Below are positions 1-8,322 of a stretch of 64,000 bases of DNA, in pieces. Location: assembly GCA_041658785.1 (NCBI GenBank), contig JBAZZL010000002.1, positions 1,714 to 65,713 of the forward strand, written 5' to 3'. The translations under genes and the position numbers were made by a program. The notes beneath the pieces are model-generated. The model had not been told where the DNA came from. It made no database searches and saw only the letters and a program-made list of their open reading frames with translations. This stretch comes from Patescibacteria group bacterium (GTDB lineage: Bacteria > Patescibacteriota > Patescibacteriia > Magasanikbacterales > UBA922). How positions within the stretch are numbered: the first letter of the stretch is position 1; every line of letters begins with the position of its first letter.

Positions 1-841
1 AGAAGTCTTGAGCGACCAGACATTTTATCGTGTTGATACAGTAACATGGTCGCCAACCAAAGATGAAGCTGTTCTGGAATATCCTGACGGCGCCAACATC
101 TACTATAATTTCGCGACCAAAAAACAAGTTACCTTGCCAAAACATTGGGAAGAGTTCTCTTTTTCTTCATTAGGTGACAAAATAGCATCAAAAAGCATTG
201 GTCTGGCTCCAGAAAATCGCTGGCTAATAACAGCCAGTCCAGAGGGCAATGACATTGAACTCATTGAACCGATGGGAAATAACGCTGACAAAGTTACCGT
301 AGACTGGTCTCCAAATAAGCAAATAGTGGCTCTCTCTTTGACCGGCGAACCGCAAGGAGCCAACCGGCAGGAAGTGCTGTTTGTCGGCCTGCACGGAGAA
401 AATTTCAAATCAACAATCGTGGAAGGCCGAGGGATCATCAGCCAATGGTCGCCATCAGGAAAAAGGCTGCTTTACAGCGTGTACAACGCGCGCAACGATT
501 ACAAGCCGGAGCTGTGGATAGAAAACGCGGAAGGCGATGAAATCGGCACGGGCAGAAAAATTCTTAATATTAATACCTGGGCAGACAAATGCGCGTTCGC
601 GGACGAAAGATTTGTCTATTGCGCAGCGCCGAATTCTCTAAAACGCGGCGCCGGTTTTGCCCCGCAGACCGCCGACGACACGGCTGATACTATTTATAGA
701 ATTGATACTGAGACCGGCCTGCGCGCTCCAATTGAAACGGATGAATCCCGCACAATTAAATCAATGTTTTTAAGCGATGACGGCCGAAATCTATATTTTA
801 CCGACAAAAAACAAGAGGGCCTTTTCCAATTAGCGCTATAG
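1..841 (+). CDS. beta-propeller (TolB/WD40-like) repeat protein, 5'-truncated at window edge
   Basis: Frame is open from position 2 to the stop at 841. Repeated WSP/DG..L motifs are typical of beta-propeller blades. No upstream stop within the window. Confidence 0.45.
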   Translation, partial: EVLSDQTFYRVDTVTWSPTKDEAVLEYPDGANIYYNFATKKQVTLPKHWEEFSFSSLGDKIASKSIGLAPENRWLITASPEGNDIELIEPMGNNADKVTVDWSPNKQIVALSLTGEPQGANRQEVLFVGLHGENFKSTIVEGRGIISQWSPSGKRLLYSVYNARNDYKPELWIENAEGDEIGTGRKILNINTWADKCAFADERFVYCAAPNSLKRGAGFAPQTADDTADTIYRIDTETGLRAPIETDESRTIKSMFLSDDGRNLYFTDKKQEGLFQLAL

Positions 842-843
842 AT

Positions 844-1497
844 ATGATCAAAACTCGACACATTTTATTTATCTTGCTTCCGGCAATTCTCATCGTGGCT
901 TTTGCCTTGTTTGTGCGCGCGCTTCAATACGAACCGCTGCAGCCAAAAAAAACAGAAGAAAAAGAAACGGTGGAACCAAAGACTGCTAAACTGCAAATAC
1001 CAATTTCCCCGGATGACCCGATTATGGGCGGCAAAAAAGCTCCCATCACTCTTATTGCTTTTGAAGATCTTGCCTGCGGACACTGCGCCGAACAAGACGC
1101 GATATTCAAAGAGTTGCTGGCAAAACATCCGAATAAAATAAAAATTATCTGGAAGCCTCTGCCGGTAATTTTTTTACCCTATCCATCAGGTACCGCTCAT
1201 AAATACGCGTTTTGCGCCAATAAACAAAATAAATTTGAAGAATTTAAAACTATCGCTTTCTCCAACCAAATGGAACTATCTCCAAACATACTAAGCGCGA
1301 TAGCGGAACAAATTAATCTAAATCCCGAAATATTGCAATCGTGCCTTGAGTCTGGCGAGGTTGCGTCATATTTAGAAACCACGAAACAGCTGGGAATAGC
1401 GCTGAATATTCAATCAGTCCCCGCGATATTTTTTAATAACGTCCAAATTGAAAACCAAACAACAGTTACTGGATGGAAAACTTTACTCCAATTATGA
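844..1497 (+). CDS. membrane-anchored DsbA-like thiol:disulfide oxidoreductase (thioredoxin fold)
   Basis: N-terminal TM helix. C-G-H-C active-site motif in DLACGHCAEQ. Size (217 aa) fits DsbA-like proteins. Confidence 0.6.
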   Translation: MIKTRHILFILLPAILIVAFALFVRALQYEPLQPKKTEEKETVEPKTAKLQIPISPDDPIMGGKKAPITLIAFEDLACGHCAEQDAIFKELLAKHPNKIKIIWKPLPVIFLPYPSGTAHKYAFCANKQNKFEEFKTIAFSNQMELSPNILSAIAEQINLNPEILQSCLESGEVASYLETTKQLGIALNIQSVPAIFFNNVQIENQTTVTGWKTLLQL

Positions 1498-3929
1498 CAA
1501 AACACGCTAATAATAAAAAACCTCTGCTGGCATGGATGGCAATGATTTTTTTTGTGTTTGCGATTATTTTCTTGCCAATGGCAACAAACGCGCAAACCAG
1601 CCAAGACAGTCCATGCGACAATGTAGATACCGGCGTAAGCAGCGTCTGGCAAGTTCTCGGCACTACCGCTGGAACCCGCTCCGAAGGACTGGAAAACAGA
1701 AATCCGGCAAACGCGTCAGACGAAATACTAGGCATAATCTGCCAGCCGCAACCAAGGATCAAATTACCGGGCCTGACATTCAGCAGTCCGCAAGATGTGG
1801 CAAATACCGCGGTGCGAGAGCCAGACGGTTCGGTCTATGTCTATATCCCCTTTTTGGGCGAATATCTGGCCGCGGTGTACAAATGGGCAGTAGGCGCCGC
1901 CGGCATCATCGCGGTCCTCATGATCATCGTTTCCGGCATTCAATATATGCTGCCAGGCAATGTCATCACCAATGTGCTGACAAAATTAGGCGGAGAGCGC
2001 CAGGAAGAGTCGGTCAACAAAGCAAAAAAAAGAATAGCCGGCGCGATCATCGGGCTCATCCTCGCTGTGGGATCATACGTTATCTTGTGGACAATCAACC
2101 CTGAGCTGGTGCAGTTCAAAAATTTGAAAGTGCAGTATATCAGACCTGAAGGAGGCCGTCCCACCACCCTCAATGTCGCCTGCGCTTTTCCTCTCGCCTC
2201 GGGCAGTCTTGATACAACCGGCGCCGCGGATGAATATAACCAAATGGGAATTAACTACAACTTTGGTGAAGTACGAACTGACACAAATGACCTTTGTTCT
2301 TCTACAAATAACAGATGTCACACCGGAATAGACATCCATACCCAGCCGCCCGGGCAAGTGGTAGCGGTAGCAGAGGGCACTGTTATTTCAATTAGCGAAA
2401 GAATGTCAAAATGCGATAAAGGCTGGGGAGTGGTAACAAACTCTCCAAACTCTCAAGACAATGACAATGGCAAATACAGAGGTGTCGGCGTTTTAATTTT
2501 CCACCCTTCGCTAAACAAGATCATTAATTATGGCGAATTGGACAAATCATCTGTAACTCTTGATGTGGGAAATACTGTCCAACCTGGCGCGCTTCTAGGC
2601 ATAGCCAGCTATTGCGGTATGCTGCATCTGGAAGTTTATGATGGTAGTAATTATGGTCAAGCAGGCGGTTTTGACACAGGATTCGGATACTTTGGAACAG
2701 GTAATGTCACCTTGAACTGGTGTCCGCGAGAAGAAATTAATATAACTAATGCAGAAGAAAAATGTAAAAGCTACCTGGTAGCAGGCCGAGGTCCAAATGG
2801 CCTGATAGATTCAACCGACTTGGTGCGCCAGCTAGAAAGCGGCTCTTGCGCGGGTGGAGCAAACACCGTGCCTGTTGGCGCCTTGGCCACCTGCGACAGC
2901 ACAGCTGGAACCACCATTGCCAGCGATTCAACTCCTGAATCATCAATAGAATCTGTAAAAAATCGTTGGGAAAACGCCGCCAACGAAAAAAATTTAATAG
3001 GAAATACCTTAATTACCAAATTTGGCTCAAACGGTCAGGCGGACGGATTGTATAGAAAAGATGTTGGCAGAATCACAATAATTTATGTGCCTTGCAGTGT
3101 CAACTGGAATAATCCGGTTGAATTAATTTATTATTTCCATGGCAACAACGGTTTTGACAGCCAATTAAATATTAATCAAAGAGTAATTCCTCAACTCAAA
3201 ACCATGCAGGACGCGAGAAGAAATTTCATTTTTGTCTTCCCTGAATTGCCATGGTCAGCAGACAAGGATGGCAGTACAACAAGAAACTATCTTCCTGGAC
3301 CTGGCGATGCAGGCGATAGAGGTGAAACTGTCGATGGCGTCCAATATCCATCTCGAGGCAGTATGTCAGACTTTGCAATGGACAATTTTCAAGCAGATGT
3401 CGTGTTATGGATCAATACTCAATTTCCAAATATTCCAAAAAACTTTGTCATTTCCATGAGCGGCCACAGTCGTGGAGGCAATGCCTTGAATAAAATTGCC
3501 GACAAATTGGATAACATTGATTCTCTCGGCGCAATTAGATCCATAACTTTTTCTGACGCTGATTATGGAAATCCAGAATTAAATCCAAGTAGAATAAGTT
3601 ACGCGATGAATATCTATAATCAATATGTAAGAGTAAACCACGGAACAGAATTAAATCTGCTGGTTGAAGATCCGAGCCTTCCCACAGCCCATTTACCAAC
3701 CCAAAATGCGATAAGTCTGGTTAACTTGCTTACTACCCCTCCTTTTGACACTCCTTGGGAATGGATAGATGGCGGCGATGAAACAGCATCGGCAGGCACG
3801 CCAGGAGCACTTCCTGACGTTCCATACTATGTTCAAGGACATAATAATAATATTATATATCTACCACTTAATAAGAATCACGAGGGAGTTGGAAACATGT
3901 CCATAGCTTGGCCAACACCAATGCCTTGA
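1473..3929 (+). CDS. large secreted multidomain protein: M23 (LytM-type) metallopeptidase domain plus C-terminal alpha/beta-hydrolase (esterase-like) domain
   Basis: Signal peptide ends ...ATNAQ. Two hydrophobic helices flank a charged loop at about aa 120-200. HTGIDIH (HxxxD) and HLEVY (HxH) motifs mark the M23 domain. GHSRGG nucleophile elbow and FHGNNGF mark the hydrolase. Confidence 0.6.
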   Translation: MENFTPIMTKHANNKKPLLAWMAMIFFVFAIIFLPMATNAQTSQDSPCDNVDTGVSSVWQVLGTTAGTRSEGLENRNPANASDEILGIICQPQPRIKLPGLTFSSPQDVANTAVREPDGSVYVYIPFLGEYLAAVYKWAVGAAGIIAVLMIIVSGIQYMLPGNVITNVLTKLGGERQEESVNKAKKRIAGAIIGLILAVGSYVILWTINPELVQFKNLKVQYIRPEGGRPTTLNVACAFPLASGSLDTTGAADEYNQMGINYNFGEVRTDTNDLCSSTNNRCHTGIDIHTQPPGQVVAVAEGTVISISERMSKCDKGWGVVTNSPNSQDNDNGKYRGVGVLIFHPSLNKIINYGELDKSSVTLDVGNTVQPGALLGIASYCGMLHLEVYDGSNYGQAGGFDTGFGYFGTGNVTLNWCPREEINITNAEEKCKSYLVAGRGPNGLIDSTDLVRQLESGSCAGGANTVPVGALATCDSTAGTTIASDSTPESSIESVKNRWENAANEKNLIGNTLITKFGSNGQADGLYRKDVGRITIIYVPCSVNWNNPVELIYYFHGNNGFDSQLNINQRVIPQLKTMQDARRNFIFVFPELPWSADKDGSTTRNYLPGPGDAGDRGETVDGVQYPSRGSMSDFAMDNFQADVVLWINTQFPNIPKNFVISMSGHSRGGNALNKIADKLDNIDSLGAIRSITFSDADYGNPELNPSRISYAMNIYNQYVRVNHGTELNLLVEDPSLPTAHLPTQNAISLVNLLTTPPFDTPWEWIDGGDETASAGTPGALPDVPYYVQGHNNNIIYLPLNKNHEGVGNMSIAWPTPMP

Positions 3930-3935
3930 CTTGAA

Positions 3936-5399
3936 GTGAATATTTTTATGGTTAAAATAAAAAATATTATTTTTATCTGTTCCAACTGCGGCGCTCAATA
4001 CCAGAAATGGGTTGGGCGTTGTTTGGAGTGCGGGAAGTGGGGAACGATTGAACAACAGACAAAATACCTGGAAAAAAATACAAACCAGTCCGAGCATCCT
4101 GTGGCGCGGACAAAGGGTTTGCATGAAATAGAAATGACGAATGTCAAAAGAATAATGACAGGTATTGGTGAATTGGATAGAGTTTTAGGCGGCGGGATCG
4201 TGCCGGGCAGTTTAATCTTGCTCGGCGGCGAGCCGGGCATTGGCAAGTCCACGCTCGCCTTGCAACTCGCCGCGTCGGTGAAAAATACTCTCTACATCTC
4301 CGGCGAAGAATCGGTTGAACAAATTGCGATGAGGGCGAAGCGATTGTTGAAACTGGAAACTAGAAACTTGAAACAGGAAGAGAAAACATTGGCTTCAACA
4401 CCAGTTTCCAGTTTCCAGTTTCCAATTTCTTCTCTCCAGCTTGCCAACGAGACAAACACCGAAACGATCTGCGCGACAATAAAGAAAGATTCGCCACCCC
4501 TCGCCATCATTGATTCTATTCAAACTATCTACTCGGACGAAGTCGCCGGCGAACCCGGCAACCCCACCCAAATCCGCGCCTGCGCCGCCAAACTTCTTGA
4601 AACAGCAAAAACAAACAACTCGCTATCCGTAAATCAGGATTATCCGTTATCCGTAAGTCCCGTAAGTCCCGCAATAATCATTATTGGTCATGTAACGAAA
4701 GACGGCTCCGTCGCCGGCCCAAAAATGCTGGAACACCTCGTTGACACGGTTTTATATTTTGAAGGCGACCAGCATCATAACCTACGAATTTTAAGAGCAA
4801 CGAAAAACCGCTTCGGCTCAACCGACGAAGTGGGAATTTTTGAAATGGCTGAAGCGGGACTAAAAGAAGTAAAAAATCCCTCGCAATACTTGCTGGACGA
4901 ACGCGGCGAAAACATGCCAGGCAGTGTGGTAACATGTCTCATGGAAGGAACGCGGCCGCTCCTCGTGGAAGTGCAAGCATTAGTAAGTAAAACTTCTTTT
5001 GGCTACCCGGTGCGCAAAGCCAGCGGGTTTGATTTGAATCGTTTGCATGTTTTGACCGCGGTACTGCAAACACGCGCGGGATTAAATCTCGCTCAATACG
5101 ATATTCATCTCAATATTGTCGGCGGAGTCAAAGCCGACGAGCCAGCTACTGACCTCGCCGTATGCCTAGCAATCGCCAGCGCGTACAAAAACAAGGCGCT
5201 GGGGGCTGATTTGGTGGTATTTGGTGAAGTGGGGCTGGGCGGCGAAGTTAGATCAGTCAAGCAGGTGGAAAGAAGAATTAAAGAATGCGAGAATTTGGGG
5301 ATGAAGCGGGTGATTACCCGTTTGAGGAGCGGAGCGAGCGCGAAGATTAAGGCGGCGGATGTGAAGAATATCGGGGAGTTGATCAAAATGTCGGCGTAG
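3936..5399 (+). CDS. radA: DNA repair protein RadA/Sms, with in-frame repeat-derived insertions
   Basis: CxxC..CxxC zinc finger at the N-terminus. Walker A GEPGIGKST. KNRFG motif. Lon-like C-terminal domain. Insertions at about 4380-4440 and 4620-4680 carry the heptamer repeat (peptide FQFPISSLQ). Confidence 0.9.
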   Translation: MNIFMVKIKNIIFICSNCGAQYQKWVGRCLECGKWGTIEQQTKYLEKNTNQSEHPVARTKGLHEIEMTNVKRIMTGIGELDRVLGGGIVPGSLILLGGEPGIGKSTLALQLAASVKNTLYISGEESVEQIAMRAKRLLKLETRNLKQEEKTLASTPVSSFQFPISSLQLANETNTETICATIKKDSPPLAIIDSIQTIYSDEVAGEPGNPTQIRACAAKLLETAKTNNSLSVNQDYPLSVSPVSPAIIIIGHVTKDGSVAGPKMLEHLVDTVLYFEGDQHHNLRILRATKNRFGSTDEVGIFEMAEAGLKEVKNPSQYLLDERGENMPGSVVTCLMEGTRPLLVEVQALVSKTSFGYPVRKASGFDLNRLHVLTAVLQTRAGLNLAQYDIHLNIVGGVKADEPATDLAVCLAIASAYKNKALGADLVVFGEVGLGGEVRSVKQVERRIKECENLGMKRVITRLRSGASAKIKAADVKNIGELIKMSA

Positions 5400-5474
5400 T
5401 CTGCGACCGCCCGACAACTCATCCTCTGTCTGGCAGTTAATCCGAGCGATGGTGCTCCAACTTTCTCTGGCGGT

Positions 5475-5680
5475 AGTCCGACAACTCTATCCCTGTCCCT
5501 TTCCCTTATGAAGGGAAAGGGAACCCATTAAGCGGGTTCAATTAAAATTCAATCGTTAGGTCATTTTCCTTTAGAAGAGAAAGCGCGGTTAACGATTGAA
5601 TTAAGGATAAACTTTCTTAACGAGTCCTCCTTCCCTTCATAAGGGAAGGAGACAGAGGATGAGTTGTCGGATTACCGCCA
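5475..5680. repeat. ~205-bp foldback (MITE-like) element, copy 1, with nested inverted repeats; extra terminal-repeat copy at 5411-5432
   Basis: Near-identical to 34400-34604. Terminal inverted repeats CCGACAACTC..GGGA / TCCC..GAGTTGTCGG. Internal palindromes TTCCCTTATGAAGGGAA and ATTCAATCGTTA/TAACGATTGAAT. Confidence 0.6.
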
Positions 5681-5867
5681 GCCCTGGGAAACAGAGAGAT
5701 TGTCGAGCCACCACCCACCCCCTGTTTGCACCGCCCAATGAAGGTATTTATAAATTCATCTCTTATGGTACTGCCCGCGACACCTCATCCCCTGCCCTTC
5801 TCCTAAAAGGAGAAGGGAGACGAAACAAACTCCTCCTTCTCCTAAAGCAGAAAATACCACAAAATAT

Positions 5868-6170
5868 ATGGACCCAAAGAAAATAAAACTTGATCCCGAA
5901 GAACAATGGATTGATGACCACGTTGAAGAATTCGTGCCCGTTTCCACTGAAGAAAAACAGAGATTCGGGCAAGCAATGGCAAAGGCCAGAAAAGACCATA
6001 CGATCAGTCTGCGGCTAAACGGCACGGAACTTTTGGAGTTAAAACAAATCGCCAGACAAGAATGCCTCCCCTACCAGACCTTTGTTTCCAGCATCCTGCA
6101 CAAATATCTCACCCACCAGCTCATTGACGCGCGGGAAGTAAAGAAGATTCTCGCTCTTATGAAAAAGTAA
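5868..6170 (+). CDS. BrnA/CopG-like (ribbon-helix-helix) antitoxin-family protein, no cognate toxin seen
   Basis: ISLRLNGTELLELKQIA...LPYQTFVSSILHKYL matches the BrnA-type antitoxin signature. 100 aa. Confidence 0.4.
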   Translation: MDPKKIKLDPEEQWIDDHVEEFVPVSTEEKQRFGQAMAKARKDHTISLRLNGTELLELKQIARQECLPYQTFVSSILHKYLTHQLIDAREVKKILALMKK

Positions 6171-6359
6171 ATCGCCACAACCTCGATTTCTTTATACACC
6201 TCATACACTTATCCACACCTCATCCTTGAACTCTCTCTCTCTATGATTTACTACCTCTGGTTCTTTATACGTTCTGTCTGACTTAATCGCGGCGTGGTGT
6301 AATTAAGCATCGCGTGGTGTGATTAAGAAAGACAAACAAAAAAAGGAAAGAGAGAAGTC

Positions 6360-7199
6360 ATGAGAGATTTAAAACAAAATCTGGCAGTTGGTGGATTCAT
6401 GTTATCGCTTCTGTCCTGCGGGACGGAGAGTCGGCAGGAGGTGCCACAGCCGCGTGACAACCGTGACGTGCCACAGCACTTCACTGTGAACCTGAATCTG
6501 CGCTTCCAACGGACGACGGAGGGAGTCCTCTACGGCCAAATGATCGGCCGACTGGAGTACGATGAGACACTCCAGCAACTAGCGCAGGAAACCATTGACT
6601 CAGGTCAGTTCGCGGACAACCCCCAGGAGGTGGAGCTCCTGGAGAAGATCACAACTGGCAGTACCGAAGTCGGTCTCGCCGACTTCACCATCGAACTAGG
6701 AAGCGAACACACTGTCACCGACCACGATGGTACCTTCCAGCTCGCTATCACCGGCGAAGATTCCTTCATCACTGTGAAGTACGACGAAGTGGATGGCACT
6801 ACCTCCACGCTGGCCACCTTTGACATTCCTCAAGAGCCTGGTATGATGGAGATGTTCGTCCCGCTCCAGTTCGACCATCAACACTCCCAGAGCCGCCCTC
6901 TCCACGATCACAGTATAGATCAAGGAGAGTATCAGCAAGTCGAACAGGGACTCAATTATACCAGGGATCTTTCCTGCCGGAAATGCAACGGCTGGTGGGA
7001 CCGGGACGGCGGTCGGGCAGGTAGCGACTGTTTCCGTGCACTCAGCCAAAGGTTCGCTCCTTGCTGGGCTGAAATGATGAAGATTCCATCGATCTTGGGG
7101 GGTCGATTCTGCAACGGCACCAGAAACTGCTCAATCCAGATCGGCCACGGTTGGAATGACACCCACACCCACGGCAGTTCGGTCTGGTACTGCCGCTGA
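6360..7199 (+). CDS. hypothetical lipoprotein with Cys-rich C-terminus in a GC-rich islet
   Basis: Lipobox LSLLSC-G. Acidic middle region. Multiple Cys in the last 80 aa. Local GC clearly higher than flanking DNA. Confidence 0.4.
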   Translation: MRDLKQNLAVGGFMLSLLSCGTESRQEVPQPRDNRDVPQHFTVNLNLRFQRTTEGVLYGQMIGRLEYDETLQQLAQETIDSGQFADNPQEVELLEKITTGSTEVGLADFTIELGSEHTVTDHDGTFQLAITGEDSFITVKYDEVDGTTSTLATFDIPQEPGMMEMFVPLQFDHQHSQSRPLHDHSIDQGEYQQVEQGLNYTRDLSCRKCNGWWDRDGGRAGSDCFRALSQRFAPCWAEMMKIPSILGGRFCNGTRNCSIQIGHGWNDTHTHGSSVWYCR

Positions 7200-7221
7200 C
7201 ATTCTCTCTCCTGACACACAT

Positions 7222-7260
7222 GGTGGCTGTTCGCTTGGTTCTACCAAGCGAACAGCCACC
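7222..7260 (+). terminator. perfect 18-bp stem / 3-nt loop hairpin directly after the 6360-7199 ORF
   Basis: GGTGGCTGTTCGCTTGGT-TCT-ACCAAGCGAACAGCCACC. No trailing U-tract, so intrinsic-terminator function is uncertain. Confidence 0.35.
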
Positions 7261-7797
7261 GCTTCCCTCCTGATCATGACATCTATTCATTGTATTCATC
7301 TAAATATGTACACCATTCTTTTTCAACTCTTCCTCATATTATCCTTAATCTCCTTTATTATAGGACAATATCACATCGTCCGTTGGGTGATAAGACGAGT
7401 CTTGAAAAACGTTCAGCACACTCGCCTGATCACTATCATTTGCTTGATTATTTTACTCATCCTGGAGGGCATACTTTTCATATATAATTGGGATCAGTCG
7501 ATGAACTTGCCGTGATTGGCAGTATCCCTGGCAGAAGACAAAAAAATTGGTAAAAAATAGCTATAATGGACTGGAAAATCTGAACAGCACTATCATAAAC
7601 AAAAAACCACCAACCCTCTTGGTGATTTTTTATTCATCAACACGCGCTATCACGCTACCGCGCGTTGACAAGGGTTGGGGGACGCGGTATTTCACACGTA
7701 CACCCCACCCTCCTTGGTGGGTCCCCGCCCGAAATGGCAGGGAGTTGGAAAGAAACTATGGCCTCAGGTCTTTGAGGCCGGTGGGAAACGACGATGG

Positions 7798-8109
7798 CTA
7801 GAAGATCGCGCTCAACTCTTCCACCAGTTTCGGCCTGTCCTCCAGATGAGAAGGCATGCCGATGACCGCTCCATCTCGAACGAGGATCTCTACCTTGTGT
7901 CCACTACCCTTGACGATGGCGTCAGCATCCAAGCGCTCCTTCCGGAACGCCAGGGCTACCTTCGCCCGAAGAGTAGTGTCGAGCTTCCCATTGCGTCCCA
8001 CGACCACATGACCCCCAAACTGACTGGAGAATACCTCGATCTTCACAAGACTCATCGCGACCTCTCTGACTATGGCCTTCGGTTTTGTGTTCGCTTCCCT
8101 TGCGAACAA
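7798..8109 (-). CDS. hypothetical protein (GC-rich islet)
   Basis: 103-aa ORF with coding-like composition. No motif recognised. Confidence 0.3.
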   Translation of the reverse strand: MFAREANTKPKAIVREVAMSLVKIEVFSSQFGGHVVVGRNGKLDTTLRAKVALAFRKERLDADAIVKGSGHKVEILVRDGAVIGMPSHLEDRPKLVEELSAIF

Positions 8110-8322
8110 ACCTCAGGCTGTTGATGAAAAAATCATACCAAAATAAAAACCCAGTGTCAAGAGCAGACACAGGGTAATGACTCCAAACCATCAATCACTA
8201 ATATGGTTCCACACAATCTTTCGGTCTTCCGATCTTTCAGTCTTTGACTCTCGATCTTCAACATTTGGGTATTGGCAATTGGAAATTTTATTAGGTGAAT
8301 TAGAAATTAGGTGAATTAGAAA

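Noticed and set aside
1532-2104. 190-aa Arg-rich + strand ORF
   Set aside because: It lies entirely inside, and out of frame with, the well-supported 818-aa gene. Its extreme Arg/His composition is typical of an off-frame translation.
7042-8124. Overlapping ORFs 7042-7299(-), 7156-7515(+), 7547-7801(+), 7675-8124(+)
   Set aside because: They are mutually overlapping in the GC-rich islet with no motifs. Only a possible small membrane peptide (from about 7306) might be real. Not enough support to call.
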